DNA of 64,000 bases, taken from Spirochaetia bacterium. Its GTDB lineage: Bacteria; Spirochaetota; Spirochaetia; SZUA-6; Bin103. Both the position numbers and the translations under genes were made by a program. This document shows positions 56,678 through 64,000 of the stretch, piece by piece. How positions within the stretch are numbered: position 1 is the first letter of the stretch; the number at the start of each line of letters is the position of its first letter. The stretch lies in contig CBDAOI010000004.1 of NCBI GenBank assembly GCA_965198005.1, positions 1,024,001 through 1,088,000 of the forward strand. The letters run 5' to 3'. The notes under the pieces are model-generated. The model made no database searches. It worked only from the letters and a program-made list of their open reading frames with translations, and was not told where the DNA came from.

Positions 56678-56740
56678 CTCAGTTGGCAGAGCGCGTGACT
56701 TGTAATCTCGAGGTCGTCGGTTCGAATCCGACAGGTGGCT
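56668..56740 (+). tRNA. tRNA-Thr (TGT), no encoded CCA
   Basis: GCCACCT/AGGTGGC acceptor, TAGCTCAGTTGG, loop CTTGTAA, GGTTCGAATCC. Confidence 0.95.
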
Positions 56741-56779
56741 CTTTTTCCGGTTTTGGTTTCCGCCGAAGAAAGGTCTATA

Positions 56780-56809
56780 TTGACACGAGCTACGACTACT
56801 GCTACAAAT
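56780..56809 (+). promoter_or_regulatory. Promoter upstream of tRNA-Tyr
   Basis: TTGACA, 17 bp, TACAAA preceded by TG. Confidence 0.5.
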
Positions 56810-56850
56810 TCGGCCAGGAACGTGGGGTTTAGTTATCACGCGGGTTGCGG

Positions 56851-56932
56851 GGGGAGGTTCCCGAGTGGTCAAAGGGGGCAGACTGTAAATCTGTTGGCGA
56901 CGCCTTCGCAGGTTCGAATCCTGCTCTCCCCA
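56851..56932 (+). tRNA. tRNA-Tyr (GTA), no encoded CCA
   Basis: GGGGAGG/TCTCCCC acceptor, GCAGA-CTGTAAA-TCTGT anticodon arm, long variable arm, GGTTCGAATCC. Confidence 0.95.
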
Positions 56933-56946
56933 ACCTTGGAGACTTG

Positions 56947-57402
56947 ATGGGTCCACCCGGAGATCGTCCGTTCCATGCGGACGGACTTCGCTTCGACTGC
57001 ACTCGGTGTCAGCGCTGTTGCCGGCATGAGCCGGGCTTCGTGTTTCTTTCTCGGCAGGACCTGGACCGGCTGGCCGACCATTTCGGCCTGTCCGATGCGG
57101 AGGTCCGCGCCCGCTACTGCCGGGTCGAGGACGCCGGCGGAGTGGGCCGCCTCACGTTGCGCGAACGCGCCAACTACGACTGCGTGTTCTGGGAGGCGGG
57201 GGGCTGCACGGTGTACGCCGCCCGACCCCTCCAATGCCGCAGCTTTCCGTTCTGGCCGGCGCAGGTGGCGGACGAGGAGAGCTGGCGCGCCGCCGCGCGC
57301 GACTGTCCGGGAATCGGACTCGGGCCGCTGCACGGCGCCTCCGAAATCGCCTACTGGCTGGACCGGCGCGCCGCCGAGCCGCTGATCGACGCTACCCGAT
57401 GA
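56947..57402 (+). CDS. YkgJ-family cysteine-cluster protein
   Basis: GLRFDCTRCQRCC, CVF..CTVY..RPLQCRSFPFW, CPG. Confidence 0.9.
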   Translation: MGPPGDRPFHADGLRFDCTRCQRCCRHEPGFVFLSRQDLDRLADHFGLSDAEVRARYCRVEDAGGVGRLTLRERANYDCVFWEAGGCTVYAARPLQCRSFPFWPAQVADEESWRAAARDCPGIGLGPLHGASEIAYWLDRRAAEPLIDATR

Positions 57403-60400
57403 GGTTGTCCATGGCACAGCTTACCGACAGACAGGATCGCCGCCCGTCCGGTCCGTACCGGCGCGCCGCCCGCGCCGCCCGCCTGGGCGTCGTGCTGCTG
57501 GCACTGGCCGCCCTGGCGGCGGCGCCGGCCGCCGCCGAGGACAAGAAGCACGCCGTGATCGACGTGCTGGAGCTCTACTCGCCGGTGTTCCTGGCCGGCG
57601 GGCCGCACGTCACCTCGTACGCGCTGCCGGGCGCGCACGTGCTCAATCCCGCGCTGCCCGCCGCCTTCGAGCGGGCGCAACTCGACCTGAGCTACCTCGC
57701 CCTGGTGAAGTTCGCCGGGAACCTCGACCTGCTGGGAAACGTGATCAACGGCGGCGTCACGCTGCCGACCGACTTCGGCACCTGGAGCGTCAGCGCCCGC
57801 TACGTGGGGGTCGGCGACGACAACTCGGAGGTGTCGGACAACGAGAAGCTGTTCGGCCAGGAGCGGTGGGGGGCGCTCAACGTGTCGTTCTCCAAGGAGC
57901 TGCTGCCCGACGTCTACCTGGGCGCCGGCATCGGCGGCCAGTACGGCCAGCACGACAACAGTTCTCCGGCCTGGGGGTTCGGCCTCGACCTCGGGCTGTT
58001 CCACCAGCTCGGCGACCTGGGTCCGCTGCACGACGTGAGCTGGGGCGCGGCGCTGCGCGGCATCGGCCTCGGCTTCGGCCCGGTCAGCAAGGACGACCCT
58101 GACACGCCGGAGGGTCAGACTACTACGAATCGGCCACTCTGCGCCCCGCCCCCTTCACGCCCGCGCTGGGGTTTGCCTTCGTGCCGGTGCGCACCGACGA
58201 CGCCGAGCTCCGCGCCCGCTTCGACGTGTGGGCGCCGACGGTCGAGACGATCCGCATCTCGGCCGGCCTGGAGCTGGCGATCCGGGAGTTCCTGGTGGTC
58301 CGCGCGCAGCTTCCGCTGGCGTTCGGGAACGTCGCCAAAGATCGGTTTCCGGCGGGATTCGGCCTGAGCTTCAGCTTCGAGTTCGAGTTGCCGCCGGACA
58401 GCCAGGTGCTCGGGCTCGGCGAGCAGGGCTGGGGCGCCGGCGAGGTCGGCGTGCACACCGCGATGGCGCCCCTGACCGAGGGCGTCTGGGGTCTGGGCGT
58501 CGGCGCCGCGGTGACGCTCGGCGTGCTGGACACCACTCCGCCCGTGATCGCCGTCGACAGCGCCGAGGTCGAGTACGTGTCGCCCGACCTGGACGGCGTG
58601 CAGGACGACCTGGTCCTGCCGATCGAGATCACCGACGAGGGCTACGTGGCGGGCTACCGCCTGGCGCTCGAGGATCCCGACGGCGGCGTGGTGCGCGAAC
58701 TCGGCAGCCACGACCGGCAGGAGGAGGCGGCGGGCGGCCTGCGGCGCGCGCTGGACCGGTTGCTGGAATCGCGCACCGCGATCGAGGTGCCCGCGACCCT
58801 GCGCTGGGACGGGCGCTCGGCCGACGGCCGGGTGGTGCCGGACGGTACCTACTACTACTACGTCGAAGCGTGGGACGACCGTGCCAACTACGGCGTCAGC
58901 CCGCGCCGCGCCGTGGTGATCGACAACACGCCGCCGGCGGTGGAGGCGCGCGCGCCCTATCTGGTGTTCTCGCCCAACGGCGACGGCAACAAGGACGCCC
59001 TGCTGGTCGAGCAGCGCCTCTCGCAGGACACGTGGCAGGCCGAGCTGCTGTCCGCCTCGGGGGACGCCGTGGCACGCTTCACGTGGGACGCCGAGCCGCC
59101 CACCGAGTTCGTCTGGGACGGCCGCACCGACCGCGGCACGCTGGCGGCCGACGGCGTGTACAGCTACCGCCTGGTGGGCCGCGACCTCGCCGGCAACTCC
59201 ACCGAGTGGGAAATCAAGAACATCATCATCAACACCGAGTCGACTCCGATCTGGGTCGGCGTGAGCGACAACCTGATCTCGCCGAACGGCGACGGCGTCG
59301 AGGACATCGTGATCTACGAGCTCAAGGCGCCGGTGGTCACCAACGTCGAGAGCTGGACGCTGACCATCTACGACCGGGACGGGGCGGTCTCCCGGAGCTA
59401 CGCCGGGCATACCACCGTGCCGCGCGAGCTCACCTTCGATGGCCGGAGCGACGCCGGCAACGTCGTGCCCGAGGGCAGCTACACCGCGGGCCTGCAGATC
59501 ATTTACGAGAACGGCAACCAGCCCGAGGCGGAGGCCCCCGAGATCACGATCGACCTGACCGCACCGACGGCCACGATCAAGGCCAGCCTGACCGTGTTCT
59601 CGCCGGACGGCGACGGCAACAAGGAAACCGTCACGGTGTTCCACGAGACTTCGGACGAGGCTCTATGGACCGGCGCCGTGACCACGCCGGACGGGCGTGA
59701 AGTCCGTACCGAGAGCTGGCACGGACTGGCGCCTGCCAACTTCGTCTGGGACGGTCGCGGCGACGACGGGCTGCCGGCGGCGGACGGCACCTACGACTAC
59801 ACGCTCACGGCGCGCGACGGCGCCGGCAACACCGGGGTCTCGAACACCATCGTGGTGGAGCTCGATACGGGGGATACTCCGGTCTCGCTCGCCACCGACG
59901 CAGCATACTTCTCGCCCAATGCCGATGGCGTCGCGGAGTTGATGACGATGCTGCCGCGGCTGGCCGACACCGAGGGCATCGATCGGTACACGATCACGGT
60001 GTATACCGGCAGCGGACACCCGCGCCCGGAGCAGGCCGTGCGCACCTTCACCGGCCGCACCACGCTGCCCGAGCAGGTCGTGTGGGACGGCCTGGACGCG
60101 GATGGGAATCGGGTGGAGGACGGCCCCTACTTCGCGGAACTGGAGGTGTTGTACGCCAAGGGCAACAATCCCATGACGCGGTCGAGCACCTTCTTCATCG
60201 ATACCGAGTATCCGCAGGCCGAGCTGACCTTTGAGCACCTGATGTTCTCGCCCGACGGCGACGGCCGCCGCGATACCCTTCCCGTCACGCAATCGTCGAG
60301 CGACGAAGAGCTGTGGGAGGGCGCGATCGCGGCCGCGGACGGGACCGTGGTGCGCAGCTACTTCTGGCGCGGCAGGTTGGCCGACTTCGCCTGGGACGGT

Positions 60401-61579
60401 CGCGATGACCTCGGCAATCTGGTAGCTGACGGCACCTACGGCTATACCGTCACGGGCACCGATCCGGCGGGCAACACCGCCACGGCGCGGCAGGACGAGA
60501 TCGAGGTCGACGGACGCGCCACGTCGCTGTTCGTCACCCTCGAGACCGACGGTTTCTCGCCCAACGGCGACCGCATCCGCGACCACCAGGTACTCGGCGT
60601 GGTGCTGGGCGTGACCGAGGGCGTGAGCTCGTGGCAGGTACAGTTCGTGCACGAGCAGGCGGGACTGCAGCGGACCCTGCACGGCGCCGGCACGGTACCC
60701 GAGCGGCTGAGCTGGGACGGCCGGACCGAAAACGACACGGTGGCGCCGGATGGGCGCTACTACGCCGAGGTGGCGCTCGAATACTTCAAGGGCAACCAGC
60801 CGCGCGAACGCACCGGGACCTTCTTCCTGGATACGGTCGCGCCGAAGATCACTCTCAATCTGGGACCGAAGCCGTTCTCACCCGACAACGACGGCGTCGA
60901 CGACCAGTTGACCATGGAGATCGCGGTCGACGACCTCAGTCCGATTGCAGGCTGGACCATTACCATCATCGATCCGGTGGGTGAGACGTTCAACACCTTC
61001 GCCGGCCGGGGCGAGCCGAGCAGGACCATCACCTGGGATGGCCTGTCCGCCAGCGGCGAGCTGGTCGAGGCGGCGTACGACTACGCGGTGGCGCTGGCGG
61101 TCAGCGACGCCGTCGGCAACGCGGCAACGGTGGACGCCCTGATCCCGGTGGACGTGCTGGTGTTCCGCGACGGCGACAAGTTGCGCATCCGCATCGGGAG
61201 CATCAACTTTCCGCCGAACTCGGCCGACCTGTCGCGCATGACCGGAGACCAGGCGGCGAGGAACGGCCGCACCCTCGCGCGGCTCGGCCAGATCTTCGCG
61301 AAGTACGGTGAATACACGATATTGATAGAGGGGCACGCGAACAGCGTGTACTACGCCAACCCGACGGCCGCCGAGCGCGAGCATCGTGAGGAGCTGATCC
61401 CGCTCTCCACGGCCCGCGCGGAGGCGGTCAGACAGGCGTTGATGGGTCTGGGGGTGGATGGAAGCCGGATCAGCACCGCCGGGCTTGGTGGCTCGAACCC
61501 GGTGGTGCCGTTCTCCGACACCAGGAACGTATGGAAGAACCGACGCGTGGAGTTCATCCTGACCGGCCGCGGCAGTTGA
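57399..61579 (+). CDS. Large exported protein: N-terminal barrel-like domain, eight FlgD-Ig-like repeats, C-terminal OmpA-like domain; one frameshift at about 58103-58120
   Basis: Signal peptide; eight SP(N/D)xD(G/R) plus (W/F)DG modules; INFPPNS, IEGHA, LSTARAEAV, NRRVEF. Confidence 0.85.
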
Positions 61580-62616
61580 CCGCCCGGGCGGTCACGTTGG
61601 TGGCAACCGCGGTCCTGCTCGGGGCGGCGGGTGCGGCGGCCGGCTACTATCTGAACCGCTCGCCGGCGGCCGCCGCCGGCGAGGCGCACCGCTTCACGGT
61701 AACCGCCGGCGAAACGCTGGGCACGGTGGCGGACCGCCTGCACCGCGCGCGGCTGATTCGCTCGCCGCTCCTGTTGCGCGCGGTGGCCAAGGCACGCGGC
61801 ACGGAGAGCGCCGTCAAGCCGGGGGACTTCCGGATCCCGGCGGACGCTACCACCATGGAGATTCACGAGCTGCTGGTGGGCGCGGCCACCCATCTGTTGC
61901 GGTTGACGGTTCCCGAGGGCTGGACCCTCAGCCGGATCGGCGCCCACCTGGAGCAGAGCGGGGTGACCGGCGCCGACGAGTTCGCCGCCGCGGCCCGGTC
62001 GGAGGAGTTGCTGCGCGAGTACGGAATCGAGGCGCCGAGTGCCGAGGGATACCTGTTTCCGGACACCTACCTGTTTCCGCCGGGCTATGCCGCGGAGCAG
62101 GTGGCGCGCCACATGATCGACACCTTCTTCGTCCGGCTGGAGGAAATCTACCCGGCGCACGGGGCGCTGGACCCCGGCGAGCTGCACCGGAAGGTAATCA
62201 TGGCGTCGATGGTGGAACGCGAGTACCGCGTGCCGGACGAGGCTCCGGTCATCGCCTCGGTGTTCTACAATCGCCTCGGGGCCAACTTTCGGCTGCAGTC
62301 GTGCGCGACCATCGTGTACGTCATCACCGAGCTCCAGGGCAGGGAGCATCCGTCCCGCATCCTGCACGCCGACCTCGAGATCGAATCCGGGTTCAACACC
62401 TACCGTACGCGCGGATTGCCGCCGGGACCGATCGCCAACCCCGGCATCACGGCCCTGCGGGCGGCTCTCTTCCCCGCCGACACCGAATACTGGTACTTCG
62501 TGGTGAAGGATCCGGCCACCGGCGCCCACCACTTTTCGTACGATCCGGATGAGCACTCCGAGGCCAAGTTCCTCTATCTGAAAGGGGCGGGCGCCGCGGC
62601 GGCGACCCATTCCTGA
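61576..62616 (+). CDS. mltG: Endolytic transglycosylase MltG
   Basis: TVPEG, EGYLFPDTY, ASMVERE, VFYNRL..LQSC, NTY..GLPPGPIANPG. Confidence 0.95.
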   Translation: MTARAVTLVATAVLLGAAGAAAGYYLNRSPAAAAGEAHRFTVTAGETLGTVADRLHRARLIRSPLLLRAVAKARGTESAVKPGDFRIPADATTMEIHELLVGAATHLLRLTVPEGWTLSRIGAHLEQSGVTGADEFAAAARSEELLREYGIEAPSAEGYLFPDTYLFPPGYAAEQVARHMIDTFFVRLEEIYPAHGALDPGELHRKVIMASMVEREYRVPDEAPVIASVFYNRLGANFRLQSCATIVYVITELQGREHPSRILHADLEIESGFNTYRTRGLPPGPIANPGITALRAALFPADTEYWYFVVKDPATGAHHFSYDPDEHSEAKFLYLKGAGAAAATHS

Positions 62617-62621
62617 GTCCG

Positions 62622-64000
62622 ATGCGCATTCCCGAGGCACAGATCGCACAGGTCACCGCCCGTCTCGACCTCGTCGAAGTGGTGGGCGAGTACGTCTCGC
62701 TGCGCGCGCGGGGCAGCCGGTTCTGGGGGTTGTGTCCGTTCCACCAGGAGAAGACCGCGTCGTTCACGGTGTCTCCGGAGCGCTCCGCCTACTACTGTTT
62801 CGGCTGCAGCAAGGGCGGGGGACTGATCCAGTTCGTGATGGAGATCGAGCAGCTTGCGTTCCCCGAGGCGGTGCGGCTGCTGGCGGAACGGGCCGGCGTG
62901 CAGATCGAGGCGGAGCCGGCCGGCGCCGACGGCGGCCCGTCGCGGCGGGCCTACGTGGAGCTGAACAATCGCATTGCCGAGACCTTCCACCACCTGTTGC
63001 GCACCAGCGCCGAGGCGGCTGGCGCCCGGGCCTATCTGGCGCAGCGCGGCATCGATGCGGCTGCGGTCGAGTCGTTCAAGCTTGGTTGGGCGCCCCGGGA
63101 GCACGGGTGGTTGCTGAGGTTCTTGCGCAGCAAGCACTACACGGACCGGTTTCTGGCCCAGTCCGGGCTGTTCGTAACGCGCGACCGGGAGTTGCGCGCG
63201 CTGTTCTGGGGACGGCTGATGTTTCCGCTCGTGAACGCACGCGGTGAGGTGATCGCGTTCGGCGGCCGGACCCTCGGTGACGATGGACCGAAGTACGTGA
63301 ACTCCGCCGAGACCCCGTTCTTCCGCAAGCACGAGCAGTTGTTCGGATTGAACCATGCGCTGCCGCTGCTGCGCGGGCAGCGGGAGACGGAGCCGGTGGT
63401 AACGGCCGCGGTCGTGGTGGAGGGCTACACCGACGTGATCGCCCTGACCGGGATCGCGGTGCCGGCGGTGGCGACGCTGGGAACGGCGTTCGGGGCCGTC
63501 CACGCGCGGCTGCTGAAGCGTTACCAGCTTGCCGCCGTTGTAATGTTCGACGCCGACCAGGCGGGCCGGCGGGCGGCGCTGGGCGCGCTGCGCGAGCTGG
63601 CCAGGCACGACGTCACCGCCGCGGTGGCGCCGCTGCCGGCGGGCAGCGATCCGGCCGACCTGGTAGCCGCCGGTGAGAGGAACGAGTTGCACGGCAGAAT
63701 CAGATCGCCCATAACGGCCTCTCGGTACACGATCCAGGCCGCGTGCGCGGGCAAGGACCTGGGCACGGCCGAGGGCAAGGAGCGCGCCTTCCGCGAGCTC
63801 TATCCGTACCTGCGGGAATTCGACTCGGTCATCACCCGAGAGGCGTTGCTGCAGGAGGTGGCACTGCACCTGGGGTTGGACTATGACACGGTGCGTGCCG
63901 AGTACCGGCGCCGCGCAGCCGGCAACACCGGTGACACCGGCCGGGTACCGGGAGCGGCGGCCGGACGTACCCCGCGGGATCAAGCCGCCGCCGGCGCCGG
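62622..64000 (+). CDS. dnaG: DNA primase (runs off the window edge)
   Basis: WGLCPFHQEKTASF..YYCFGC zinc finger, RLMFP..FGGR..PKYVNS.ET, TOPRIM VEGYTDV..FDADQAG. Confidence 0.96.
   Translation, partial: MRIPEAQIAQVTARLDLVEVVGEYVSLRARGSRFWGLCPFHQEKTASFTVSPERSAYYCFGCSKGGGLIQFVMEIEQLAFPEAVRLLAERAGVQIEAEPAGADGGPSRRAYVELNNRIAETFHHLLRTSAEAAGARAYLAQRGIDAAAVESFKLGWAPREHGWLLRFLRSKHYTDRFLAQSGLFVTRDRELRALFWGRLMFPLVNARGEVIAFGGRTLGDDGPKYVNSAETPFFRKHEQLFGLNHALPLLRGQRETEPVVTAAVVVEGYTDVIALTGIAVPAVATLGTAFGAVHARLLKRYQLAAVVMFDADQAGRRAALGALRELARHDVTAAVAPLPAGSDPADLVAAGERNELHGRIRSPITASRYTIQAACAGKDLGTAEGKERAFRELYPYLREFDSVITREALLQEVALHLGLDYDTVRAEYRRRAAGNTGDTGRVPGAAAGRTPRDQAAAGA

Noticed and set aside
54992-56956. 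654-aa ORF spanning the tRNAs
   Set aside because: Only the last 283 codons (from 55843) look coding; the rest is antisense to aroH, a membrane gene and two tRNAs.
1-64000. CRISPR array, cas genes or rRNA
   Set aside because: No regularly spaced repeats, cas-like ORFs or rRNA-like sequence were found by eye.
20200-64000. Many long overlapping ORFs (e.g. 22370-24058, 28565-30451, 36589-39501, 50037-51911, 62574-63983)
   Set aside because: Shadow ORFs opposite or out of frame with recognisable genes; expected at this GC content and lacking any motifs.

Overview
High-GC bacterial chromosome window. The gene content and order point to a Spirochaetota genome (inference): short SMC, PUR/DUF3276 protein, large FlgD-Ig/OmpA protein, coaD-rpmF-acpP-rnc, and mltG-dnaG. 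About 1-32.4 kb is an eroding accessory region. It holds several paralogous family-5 (Dpp/Opp-like) ABC modules with no ATPase gene in the window, and a nested pile of mobile DNA: a 3'-truncated group II intron, an IS66 end, an intact IS3 and the relic of an uncharacterised wHTH-ended mobile-type gene. It also holds a higA fragment, a Phd-VapC toxin-antitoxin pair, a broken DDE transposase, a RIT (three tyrosine recombinases) element with perfect 60-bp inverted repeats, and several internally deleted gene relics. About 33-64 kb is mostly housekeeping: prs, tRNA-Gly, rnhB, smc, ffh-rpsP-khpA-rimM-trmD-rplS, yraN, coaD, rpmF, acpP, rnc, cca, aroH, tRNA-Thr, tRNA-Tyr, mltG, dnaG. The best candidate for an undescribed system lies between smc and ffh. 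It is an operon of three lipoproteins (a PDZ-S41 protease homolog that has lost both catalytic residues, plus two paralogous TolB-like beta-propellers) converging on an atypical FtsH-like protease. No CRISPR array or rRNA was seen. All family calls come from motif recognition by eye, not from database searches.
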